DNA of 64,000 bases from Antedon mediterranea (taxonomy: Eukaryota; Animalia; Echinodermata). Both the position numbers and the translations under genes were made by a program. The notes under the pieces were generated by a model. It made no database searches. It had not been told where the DNA came from and was given only the letters and a program-made list of their open reading frames with translations. Below, piece after piece: positions 1-11,951 of the stretch. How positions within the stretch are numbered: the first letter of the stretch is position 1; each line of letters begins with the position of its first letter. The DNA is taken from NCBI RefSeq assembly GCF_964355755.1, contig NC_092677.1, positions 5,106,101 to 5,170,100 on the forward strand, read 5' to 3'.

Positions 1-2080
1 AAAAATAACAGATTTCGAAAAAAGGTGGGTCATTTTGAAGTATCACAAAAATTTGTCGAAAAAAAAATCATTTAACTGAAATACAGACGTTTTTTTGTTA
101 AAAAAATAACTTTGACTTCCAGTCAAAGTTTTCAATCAAAACATATCCCATAATAAAACGCGCTTGTTTGGCTACTCTGTATGTATAATCATAGAAGTTC
201 CTCACAATCTGTGTGAAAATACCTTCTCAACCGTGACGAGTTGTAAACAATCATAATTAGCATATGCATAATGCGTACTCGTGGTTTGAAATCTTTGTTT
301 ACTTTCGCTCATGACGATTTTCCAGACGAAATGTAATCAAACTAATTTACCTGTTAATTACGTAATCTTGTTGCTTTTGGCTCGAATTTTCAACTTAAAG
401 TGAATAACTTTAATATTACTTTGATATGGCCAATTTAAATTTAGAATATTTTTTTGTGTTTCAAGGGACAATACATCTTTAAAATATTTTACAAGTGCGT
501 AAAATATCGCAATGATCCATAAAATTATTAAAATAACACAGAACGTGTAGGCATAAAAGGGTAAGCCCCGCCATGTAGTCTCATCTCACACGATCGGCAC
601 GCTCCCATAAGAGGAAGGCCCCCTGACTAATCACTCCGCGGTCGCACTAACGCGCTAGCTCACCAGAGGGAAACCCCCGTAATTACGCACCATCTGAAGA
701 AGGGGAAACCCCGCCGGAGTCACTCCGACATTTTACGATGATATCAGTCACGTTCGAAATCGGTCGCGTTTATTTTGGTCACGATAAAATGATGTTACGA
801 TCTAGATTATTTTTACTTTGGTCGATGAACATTTATTATTATTATATTAATAATTGATTTTTTTTTTATTTTACAGATCTATGAGAAAGATGTGTGCCTT
901 AAAAAATGACAATTTGTAAAAATAGTTTAAGATTATAGTATAATTCGGCATAATGTCATTTAACAGTACATGTACTTATTTAAACGTGAAATATTTTATA
1001 GGGAACGTAGGCTACGTCTGCTACGTTTATTTATAAACATTCAGTTTACTATTAGTATTACAATGAACATTTGATTATAAGCCTGGAAAGGCAATCCCAT
1101 CATTATCCATTATATATATCACCACTATAAGTATATGTCGTAAATGATGACATGCGTGTGCGTATTCGTCGTACGTCCGTGTACGTATTATTCCGTGCCT
1201 CTTCACTGTCTTGTTTAATTTAAAACACCCGATATGAGGATATTTATTAGGTATGATAATTAGAATGTTCTATAACCAAAAGGGTTGAAAGGAATTTCTT
1301 CAGTAAAATGACCATTGTGCTGTTGATTAAAAGGCGACTCACAATTTGAAACCAATCTGTTTCCTCACAGCTGCTACGTCTTTCTGCGACCGTCAGGGAT
1401 TCCCCTTTTTAAAAAACACGCACACGACACGATGGTTTTTCCATGGTCAAAATGTAGCGTTTTAATTTTACTCAAATACCCGCATGTAAAACGATCATAT
1501 CAGCGATGAAATCCTTTTTTTTAGTATTTTTTATTTCTTCATTTTAAAAAGTCATAATAAAATTAAATAACAATAGACATACAGTAATATATAACTTCAA
1601 TAACGTCAATAAATGCAAAATGATCAATAAGTAGCCTATAACACTCATTACAACGCTGTTTGTTTTAACTAATTTAGGCCTGTACGAAGGCCTACTACAC
1701 ATTTACACATTTATTTAAATATGATCCTAAAAAAATGAGCTGGTATCCACTTGTAGGTTGAAGAAAGATGTGGCTCTGGTAACTAATTTTAAAATCATAT
1801 TATATTAACATTTTCGAAACTATAAATCAGGGATAAACTTGTTAGAACTTTCAAACAAGGAACTGTTTTTTTTAGTGATTTTAAAAAAGCACATTACTCC
1901 ATTAAAACCTGTAAAATAGAAATTAAAACACAAATTATGTATATTAAATAGGATAAACATTATAATGTATATGACAGTTAGCGCGACCAAAGTCTAGTAA
2001 CAACGCGATCGGCATCAAACGCAACCGATATGATTAAAACAGCGTACTACTACCGGCGGCGCTTACTGAAATAAAACCGT

Positions 2081-4292
2081 GGGCGACTTTGCGATGGGGC
2101 GACTTTGCGTTGGGGCGACTTTGCGATGGGGCGACTTTGCGACGATAATAATAATAATAATAATAATAAGCTTTATTTAATCACGGATACTTAACTCAAC
2201 TAAAAGTTGTTTTTCAGTAAGACCGTGCTCAAAGGAAAACACCAACAAAAATAAATGTAAAAAGCAGATATCAAATCAAAAATAATAAAACAATTACAGA
2301 AGCAAAAAAAACAAAAGCAGATAATAAAACAATTACAATGAAATAAAACAAGGATACACTTACTAACTATAAAATTAAATAATACACTACATTTAAATAA
2401 AGCTACATGAAATTAGCAGTTAACAGTTTCTTAAAAAGAGAGACAGAGTTCACATTTTTAATATCTTCATGTAGCTCATTCCAAACCTTGGCACCTCTAT
2501 ATGATAAGCTACGTTTTTTGTAGTTTGTGTTTGGTTTTGGTACTATTAAATTTGGCTTAGTTCTAATATTATAGTAATTGTTTTTGATATTGAACTTATT
2601 TAATAAATATGGAGGTGCAAGGTTGTTCATAATCTTAAACATAACAATAGCTTCATTTATATATAATCTTTCATCTAAGTTCATCCAATTTAGACTTTGT
2701 AGAGCTGAGTACTAGAGTCGGTTTGAGATTTGTTTGTAATAACTTTTGGCTGCGCGATTTTGAAGAACTTGTAGTGTTTTACTTTGAGTTATATTCGAAC
2801 GTCCCCAAACAACATGGCAATACTCAAGATGAGGAGCCATAAGTGATTTGTATAGTTTGCATTGAATTTCTTTTGGAAATATATTATTAGTCTTTTTTAA
2901 GTAGTACAAGCTCTGCAAAACCTTAGATTTTACATTATCGATTTGTGAGCACCAAGAAAGATTATTATCTAATATCACACCAAGGTGTTTACATTTATTT
3001 ACACAAGAGATTGGTTCTCCATCTATGTTAATGTTGACTTGTAAGTCAGATAGTTTACTTAACCTCTGACTCGTTCCAATTAACATAAATTCAGTTTTTT
3101 TAACATTTAGGCTAAGTTTGTTGCATATGAGCCATCTTTTAAGACACAATAAGTCAGAATTTATTGTTTCAGTAAGGTTATTAATATTATTGGAAGTGTA
3201 GTATATGGCAGTGTCATCAGCATACATAGAAACAGAGCATTTATTTACAGCATTAGGCAAGTCATTAACATAAAGGAGAAACAATAATGGTCCAAGGATG
3301 GACCCCTGAGGAATTCCACATATACTGTGACTTTCATCAGAAAAATCACCATGGTTATATGTACACGATTATGCAGGTAGTTTTCAAACCACTGAATAAC
3401 ATTTGAATAAAAATTGAAAGATCTTAGTTTATTGATAAGAATACTGTGATTTACTGTATCAAAAGCCTTTTTCAAGTCTATCATTACTAACCCAATATAA
3501 TTTCCTTTGTCAATGGCTTCTAGCCAGGTCTCTGTGATATTAAGCAATGCAGTCGTAGTTGAGTAGCCTAGTCTAAACCCAGACTGATTTTCATATAGCA
3601 TTTTGTTTAGATTTAGGAAATCATAAACTTGTTCAAATACAACTTTTTCAAGAACATTAGATTATACTGGGAGAATTGAAATTGGCCTATAGTTATTACA
3701 TTCATTTTTATTTCCACCTTTATGAAGAGGGCAGATCTTGGCCCTTTTCCATTGGTTTGGAAAGGTTAAATTTTTTAAAGATAAATTAATTATATATGTT
3801 ATTGGGTAAACAATTTCATCGATAGCGATTTTTAGAAGATTAGCTGGTATTTCATCAGTTCCAGTTGCTTTTTTTGATGAAAGTGAGTTAAGAAGTTTAT
3901 GTATGTCTTGTTTATTAACATATTTAAAAGTTAATTTGTCGTTAGTATTATTTGAATCATTAGTAAAGTTAGAGAGTTGATTAGTAGATTGAATACTTTG
4001 AGCTAATGTTGGACCCACATTGGCAAAATATTTATTTAATACATTTGCAATATCTTTAGAATTAGTTAGAGTTAATAGTTTCATCATTTTCTTCATCATT
4101 TGTGGTTTTAATACTTGTTATATTCATGCTTTTAATTTTGCCAGGAATAATTAATTTAATATTTTCCCATATCTTTTTCTGATCTTTAGTATTGAGTTGT
4201 TGAGACGACTTTGCGACGATGGGGCGACTTTGGGATGGGGCGACTTTGTATTGGGCGACTTTATATGGGGCGACTTTGCGATGGGGCGACTT
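2081..4292. repeat. 16-bp GGGGCGACTTTGCGAT minisatellite, split by a LINE insertion (2081-2146 and 4206-4292)
   Basis: About 4 units lie left and about 5-6 units lie right of the LINE, all sharing the GGGGCGACTTT core. Confidence 0.85.
2147..4205 (-). mobile_element. 5'-truncated non-LTR retrotransposon (CR1/L2-group LINE), disrupted reverse transcriptase
   Basis: ORF pieces 3662-4099, 3245-3601, 2712-3284 and 2403-2684 carry RT motifs YRPISILP, QSGFR, DLKKAFDTVNH, YADDT and KHLGV, separated by stops and frameshifts. The 3' end has AATAAA then a (TTA)n tail. A 15-bp TSD CGACTTTGCGACGAT is at 2132-2146 and 4206-4220. Confidence 0.92.
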
Positions 4293-7200
4293 GACTGGAT
4301 CCCTATTTTCAGCGGCCTAGTACTAAGTATCCGACGTATCTAGCTTGCCTAGGCCGATTAGGCAATGTCGTTGACTCACCTCTCTTGAGAAAAGATTTCC
4401 TTACAATTGGAAATAGAATGGGGTTATAGCCTATCCATAGTTACAGTACAGGTTTAATTACTTCTGCTGCTAAAAAAAAATTGGCCTAGAGCCGCGCCTC
4501 TACGTACTACTTCAGGGGCGGAGTATAAGCGGTCTATAACCGGTCTTAGCGCTTAGCCGGCTATAATTTTCGTGACGTAGCAAGTAGTCTTTATTTATAG
4601 ACCATTGCATGCTATAATACCGCGGTCTAACCTGTAAGCGGTCTTTAAAATTAAAGCCTACTCGAAGGAGTCTTAAAACAGTCTTAAACCTCTCTTTTTG
4701 TTCTTTTACGTATTATTTATCGTCAAAGACAACCAATTGAACGAGTTTTAAGTGTTAAATCTAATAATAACGGTGATTTTATTCTTATATAAGCCTAGAA
4801 ATAGATTTTCTGGCGTAGAAATGTACGTACTGTAAGTTATGATTGTGAATTGAACAAGCGTGACGAACATCATTTGGTTTTCTACGCGCAAAGTACGCCC
4901 TCAATTTGTTACTTTAAGACTGTTTTATAGCAATGGTCTAAAAGGGGTGACTTTAGTAAGACCGTCTATCTGATAAAGCCGGCTTTAATCCGGGAGTTAA
5001 GACTGTTTTATAGCAATCCATTTTTTCCAATAGGGTATTATGGAACGCCTGAATTGTCAAATAAGCGTAACTACGTGACTCTTGTTTATATATATTTAGT
5101 ATACATAGTTGGGGAGCAATAAAGGGTTCACCTGCACCCTCTAGCAAACTATGTTTTTGCTTCCTTTATCAATACAAATCAATTTTTTGCTATTGGTCGA
5201 TAAAAAATTGGGATACTTGGTCAGTACTGTCAGTCAATATGGTCAAAGTTAGAACTGTGCGTAACTTGATAATTTCTGGGTGTATTGGATTATAATTGTT
5301 TGTGCAAAACTACTCAGAAGACCTATATTTCTATTCAATCTAATGGGAAACTTTTGCCAAAAGTGGACAGAAACCCCTTCTGACCACACCACTGGTCAAG
5401 AAATTGGCCATATGAATATCTCATCAACCACTGATCAGAAAGTGATATGTAACAGTATATCCTGGTCATACCTCAAACTTTGATAACTGGCATTTCCAGT
5501 AAAAATATGATAACATCTTCTATTAGAGCTAATATAAATGTTTACATTCTGAACAATTTGACACCAAACTGAACTTTTTATGACATTTGGTTAAAGAGAT
5601 ACAGACATATTCAAACATTAAAGGTCAAAGGTCAGTAAATGACATTTCCTGTGAATTTGGAAGAACATGTTTAATTAGAGTATATATAAATATGTATGCT
5701 GTTAACAATTTAAAACAAATTTCAAGAAATTTTGACCAGTAGTTATTGAGATACAGTAAGCCAAGGTGAAAGGTCAAAATATTCAAAAATTTCATTTCCT
5801 GTCGTTTTTAAAAAAAAAGTTCTATTATAGCGAATATAAATATGTACCCTCTGATCTATTTGACACCAATATCATTTCAATTGTCAAACCCGCTGCCGAA
5901 ACTGAGGTCAGAGGTCACAGAGGTCAAATCAGATTTTCAGTAACTTTGTTTTGGCATCTCCATATCATGTTCTATCAACATGCCAAAGGGCACACTTGTA
6001 TCCACTATGGACCCTTCATTTTTAAGCAATTTAATGTCTAATATAAACAGTCAATCGGTCGACACATTGATACATATATACTTGTATCAGGGACCTGCTT
6101 GTATTATGTACTATGGCTCTCAAAAAAACTTAGAGAAAAACTAAAATTAAAGCCTACAGTTAAATGCAGATAATCAGTGCCGAGTAGCCCTAATGACCAA
6201 CTGTTTTATAAGGGGTCAGCTGCACCACACCACAATAATAATGTTGTTTAGGCCTACGTCTATAATGTATGTACAGTTTATTATTGTAATTACGTTTTTT
6301 TACTTGAACTTGAATAGTTTCATGATGGTCTAAAAATAGAAAAGTCAATCTATCTTTTTGTCATTAATGTTGTATTGAAAGTAAGTAACTACTCGTTAGA
6401 ACGATAACTCATGTTATTATTTACAAGTAGTAATCAAAAACGTTTGTGAAAGTGTGTACTTGTTATTTGTACTATATAAACTCATAAACATTAGAATACT
6501 GTAGGCCTAATACCGTCAAACAAAACCAGACAATGCTTGATAAAATTAATGAGGTGCTTATGTTGTAGCTAATACTTACAGGTTGTTGTTTTTTTTTATT
6601 TGTGCTAGAGTGATTCTGCAACATACCAGATGCGGGCAAAAGTTATATTGATCATAACCACAAAAAACCAATCTACTGTACTAACAAAAAAGTCTTACTG
6701 GTTTTGTTTAGAAGAATTCTGCCAAGTATTTTAAGAGAAATTTATATTTTTTTGTTGTGATTTTTTTAAACGCTTTTAATTTATGTAGTCCTATTTTCCT
6801 ATATCCATAGGTCAAAGATTTAACCGAATATAATATCTGAAATCATGCGTATAGCCGATCTTTAAACGTAAACATACTGTATGTTACATCCGTATATTGC
6901 AAGAAAACTCCTGTCTGTAAAGTAATAATAAAGTAACTTACAAGTATAATAAAGAAGTTTTTGTATATGAAAGTCACGCGGAAAACAATAGTATGCAAAC
7001 ACAATAAAAGTTTTTTTAATGGTATATAACGATGTACACTGTGTTGGTTTAATCATTTTGTTTCGCTATTAGCACACGCAATCATGACTTCAAAAGAAAC
7101 ACCAAGCTTAAAATAATTAATGGCAGTTTACAATCAAGACAGAGAGGATCGTTTAATTTGCCGACAGAAAAGTTTTAAAGCATCGTCAATTATCCACACA

Positions 7201-7350
7201 TTCATAATAAAAACAATATAATAAAACAATGCTAGATAATGTTAGCTACTCATAATTCCCAGTAACTTAGTAAAACGTTTTGGAATGAATACCTTTGATA
7301 AATAAACAGTAGTAGTGATGTATTGTGAGATAGTATTGTGTATACTGTAT

Positions 7351-7925
7351 CAGTGAAATCACCTTGTGCAATACCATTCAAGGTCATGATGCAGAGAGCA
7401 CTAAAGTTAGATGGAATAGAAATGGATCACAGGCTCTGAAGATGGCACAATTAGGATTTGGGTAAATATTAAATTCAATACATGCAAACACATTAACTTT
7501 AAAATAGTCTCTATAAATTGTCAAATGGAATATTATTACCTACTGTAAACAGTAATTTATATTTACTGTACTGTATTTAAATCAATAATTAACAATATTA
7601 ACTGTACAAATAGAACATGATCTTATTTATACATGGAATGAACAGTACAATGATGATTGGGTGACCTACATGGTATACTTTAATTAAAGAGGAACAGCTT
7701 TTCACTCTAAAGTCAGAGTTTTGTTCTTGGCTTTTGTATGTATCATCTCCAACCGCTATATACTATGAAAAGTAGTAGTGCATGTTTTAATTGATATGTT
7801 ACAATTTTTTTAATTTACTTTACTGTTTTTTTACGTAAAGAGTGAGGATGGCATGTCATGTAATCAGATTTTAGCAACTCATGGAGCAGTGTTGGCACTG
7901 TGTATTGATCTTGAAGAATGGCAGC
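7351..7925 (+). pseudogene. Degraded WD40-repeat gene fragment (two exon relics)
   Basis: 7351-7461 reads TIQGHDAESTKVRWNRNG, then after a frameshift TGSEDGTIRIW followed by GTAAAT. This is the GH...(S)xDxTIRIW pattern of WD40 repeats. About 7841-7925 continues SEDGMSCNQILATHGAVLALCID. Confidence 0.45.
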
Positions 7926-7974
7926 ATAGTGGCTGGAGTACAGAACACAATCAAGTTGGTGCACTAGACAAACT

Positions 7975-8965
7975 ATATTTCATCCATTCTTTTATTTCAG
8001 TAATAATAAAAGATAAAACACAACAAACACAAGCATTGGTATCTATACTACTATTTACTTTAAACACAAATTATGTAAACACAAACTTTTATCCAAGACA
8101 AATTTAAAGATGTATTGTCCCCCAAAAACATGAAAAATGAAGAAGACATAAATCAGGTTATTTTGTAGTTTTAATAAAGTTAATCACTTCCGTAGAAAAA
8201 AAAAGCGAAATAAAATGTTTTCACTTATAAAATAACATAATAAATGGGTAAATGCAACCAAAAATTGACCTTCTTTGCTTTAAATTACAGTTTTTCAGGT
8301 AAATACATTTTGTTTAGATCCAATTTTTAGTCAACTGGATAACTATTATGTGAGAATAAAATGGCATATTCAACAAACAACATTTTGAAAAAATTATTTT
8401 TTTAGGGGGACAATACATCTTTAAATGATACAGTATTTCTTTGTTACAATTCAAACAGAATGTGTATTAACTGATGTAAGAACACACTGTGTGCACTACT
8501 GTAGTCGAGATGTATCCTATTTTTCATTCATTTTTATTTCAAAATAGTGTTCATATAATATAGAATATAAGCAAGATAAAAACACAGCAAACACAATAAT
8601 TGGTATCTATACTATTACTGTACCTGTAAATAAAGATTATGTAGACACAAACTTTATATAAAAACATTTTAAATGATAAAGTATTTTCGTTAGTATTATT
8701 CACTAATGTAAGACTTGTGTGTAATTGTATATGTGTATATTGTAATTGAGATATATATTATTTTTCAATCATTTTTTATTTCAAAGATATTCATATAATA
8801 TATATATAATATAATATAGCAAGATAAAAACACAGCAAACAAAAGAATTGGTATCTATACTATATTAACTAAACAAAACATATGTAGACACACAATTTTA
8901 TCTAAAAACATTTAAAATGATGAGCATTTTTGTTCACAATTCGAATAGAATGTGTATGCACTGAT
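7975..8965. repeat. Degenerate ~250-bp tandem repeat (3 copies)
   Basis: The motif AAGATAAAA(A)CACA(A/G)CAAAC...TTGGTATCTATACTA...TATGTA(A/G)ACAC recurs near 8010, 8575 and 8820. Confidence 0.7.
8108..8420. mobile_element. MITE with TTAA TSD (Kolobok/piggyBac-like non-autonomous element)
   Basis: TIRs AGATGTATTGTCCCCC ... GGGGGACAATACATCT are flanked by TTAA at 8104-8107 and 8421-8424. The neighbouring tandem-repeat copies show the empty site. The same terminus also occurs at about 465-483. Confidence 0.8.
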
Positions 8966-10172
8966 CTAAAACCAAAACTGTTTGATTGAGAATTAAATGA
9001 GTTTAATTTTACACCCTAATTTCATTTTCTTTGATGTATTCCAAAGTTCATAGCTAAACTGTATGTGTGATGAACGAGCCAGGGTGCAGTCTCTGTATGT
9101 TCTGTCATGGCTGGCATGGAGTTAAGATCTCAATGTTGTTTGGCCGTGTGTTTTTTTTATGTGCTGTGTCTGTGCTCAGTAATAACAGTTTACTATGGGT
9201 AAGATAGATTAAGCTATTTTTCTGTGTATACATACACATTTTCAAAATAAATTGAACTCTTTCCTTTTGATTCTCAAACATTTAAATTAATGCAGACCAA
9301 TATTGGACAGTGACTCAGTCCGTAGTAGTGTTACAAAACTGGATGTCTTAGACGTATTACCTTTGGCAACCTATTCTATTTAATAGTTTTTTAGTTCTTT
9401 TTACTCGGTATATATCGGTCTCATGGGATTAGAATTCATGGCATACAGCAAACAATCCATATACTGTACGCCATGTTAATGTTTCTCACAAGGTGTTACT
9501 TGGTACTATTGGTATCATAATTAACAATTTGCAAATGAAAAAAAACCAAGTATAAAATTTTTTGTAAATATATAAATTTAAAAGATTGTTACAACTCATT
9601 CAATTCTGTCAGTGTATTGCAACAAATAATCTGAGAAGCCGTACTACATGAATTATGCCACTATTAATGATACATTGGATGTCGACGGCTTTACCAGAGC
9701 AATTAGGTTATTTCAATCGGTTTACAAACATAAATCTGGTCAATTTCCGATATACAGATTTAATGTAAAAGACAAACAAGTAGGTCTGTGTGCAGTCTTT
9801 CCACTGTGTACAACGTTTTGTTTTTTATGTATCGATGGAAAATATTTAAATACCTGCCTGTCAAAAAAGTTGGACACTTTAAAAATAAAAAGTAAGACTG
9901 AGATGGAATTAGAGTGCGCAAGATTATGTACCAGTATTCGTAAATAAAATATAAATGATATAGTTCGATTGGTTGAAATAGCATCACATCACTAGCGTTC
10001 GTTATAACGGAGTAAACGGTAAGTTATAAATGATAACCGACCGGTATGAAAAAAATCCAATTATTCAAAACATATATTTAGTGTCAGTCTAATAAAACAT
10101 TTTGTCCAAAAGTGGCTCATACTACCATTTATGGCTTTTTGAACTTTGACCTCATCTAGAGATATAATCAAT

Positions 10173-11138
10173 AACTAGATTTAATCCGTCACTATGACGA
10201 ATTATAGGTTATATGCATTGATTTAAATAAAGATAAATGATTTTTAAAAGATATATTGATTGATTGATTTTCTCAGAATCTTTAATTATTTATAATATAT
10301 GATAGCATCTTGCTAATGCAAATACAATAGCCGGTATCACAATCCCATCAAAGATCCCTCTGCGTAACCATTTGTTACATAATAATAAAGACATAAGTTA
10401 CATTTTATCTAGATTTCATTATAAATGTGTATAATTTATACACTAAGAAATAAAATTGAACAAACAATACGGATATTAAAAAAAATCTTATTTCGTTTCA
10501 TTTCCAAAAGTGATACTCGATCTCGGATCTATATTAATTTTAAAATTTAGCATATTTTCACCATTTTGTTAACTTACACGTGCTCGTATAACGCAATTTC
10601 GCGTTGAAAAGTGAATAAAATATAATGATATTATTAAAGAAAGATTGTACAACAGAAATCGGACAAAAATAGTGCACATTAACGTTTAACGCGCAGTGCG
10701 CGTGCAAAAATCTGCGCACTCATGGCAATTTTTTAAACGCTTAAAATTGCCTGAAACGTACTCTAATTTCATCGAAAATAGATTTTGAAAATTTTAAGCG
10801 TGCGTACGCATGCGTTATATGCGCTACGCACGTCATTGTATTGCCATATGATGAAATATGACCTGAAATTTATGAGTACCAAATTTTGTTTAATTGTAAT
10901 TCATGCTTGTGAAGATATGATTACAAATGTGATTACGTTAAAACATGCGTAGACCAGCATAATTTTTGATTGCTCACCTTGAAAACATAACCATCGATTC
11001 CTGGCCATAAGGAATATACTCTGAAAAATTGACTTAGCTAGATGAAACTGATATCAAGATAATTGACGGACAAAATAGTGCTAAGGAAAGAATAAATAAA
11101 CAAATAAAGATTGTGAATCAAGAGGTTATATGCATGAT
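10173..11138 (-). mobile_element. Helentron/DINE-1-like non-autonomous element, internally deleted copy
   Basis: Colinear with 55589-57068 but lacks about 450 bp internally. It has subterminal AGGTTATATGCAT repeats, a short stem-loop AAT(T/C)CGTCA-CTA-TGACGAATT and a CTAG terminus. Confidence 0.7.
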
Positions 11139-11140
11139 AA

Positions 11141-11216
11141 AGATCTAGAAAACTCAGATATCTGACTTTTCTAGATCTAGAAAACTCAGATATATCTGAG
11201 ATCTGAGTTTTCTAGA
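11141..11216. repeat. Nested short inverted repeats (TCTAGAAAACTCAGATA / TCTGAGTTTTCTAGA)
   Basis: Two palindromic units in tandem, seen directly. Confidence 0.7.
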
Positions 11217-11607
11217 CACCCATTTTCGCTCAGGGCAATGTGCTTTGGGAACATATAATCCATCGAGAAAAAAACATTTTCCGAGGGGGATCTCAAATGT
11301 TGAGAAATAATAATTTCGGTTGGGTTTAATTCGAATTTCAAATTTAAGCTTACCATAAAAATGCATTGCAAAATGTATTATTTGATTTTAATCTAACAAG
11401 AGTAATAATTATGTTTTGATGCACAGGATTTGCACACTCTGACAGCATGCTAATACGAAATATCAAACACATAAAAATTTTAATGAAAATGAATATTCAT
11501 TTAGTGTAAAAATTAAGCCCTTGTTATTTTAGAGATACCTCAATCGACATAGTTCTGAAGTAAATTACCATAAAGATACAGTATTAGTTTGGCTGTAAAT
11601 TAGTAAA

Positions 11608-11951
11608 TTACTGTGAAGATTGAGGAGTGAGTTTTGTAACTATTAACCATCCAGAACTTTTATATATTTTCTGTCTTCCTTCAACTTTCACTTCACATTT
11701 GTATTCTGCTTCAAATTTAGGTTGAACATTCCTGAAATGCAGATATATAACATTTTTGCTCTTTTCCTCACATCTATAGCGTGGAAATTTTGGTTGAGGA
11801 ACTTTCATTAGCAATGGTTTATCACCCTTACACCATGTGACTCTTTCTATTTTACTTTTAGTAGAATCTTCGTGCCATGTAAGGTTTAAGGCCAATTTTG
11901 CTTCGGTAGAACAGTTGGCAGTAACATTAGGAATATTCATTTCTATTGCAT
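11608..11951 (-). CDS. Terminal divergent Ig-like exon of gene B
   Basis: Acceptor TTTTTTTTGTTTAATAG|AT is phase 1. It encodes DAIEMNIPNV...VTWCKG...YLHFRNVQPKFEAEYKCEVKV...PQSSQ then stop. The Ig C-strand Trp and F-strand YxC are present, but the B-strand Cys is absent. Confidence 0.7.

Noticed and set aside
4953-10000. Short 60-99 aa ORFs in the left flank, and similar ones in 40-49 kb
   Set aside because: Low-complexity AT-rich translations overlapping repeat fragments, with no recognisable motifs apart from the relics listed.
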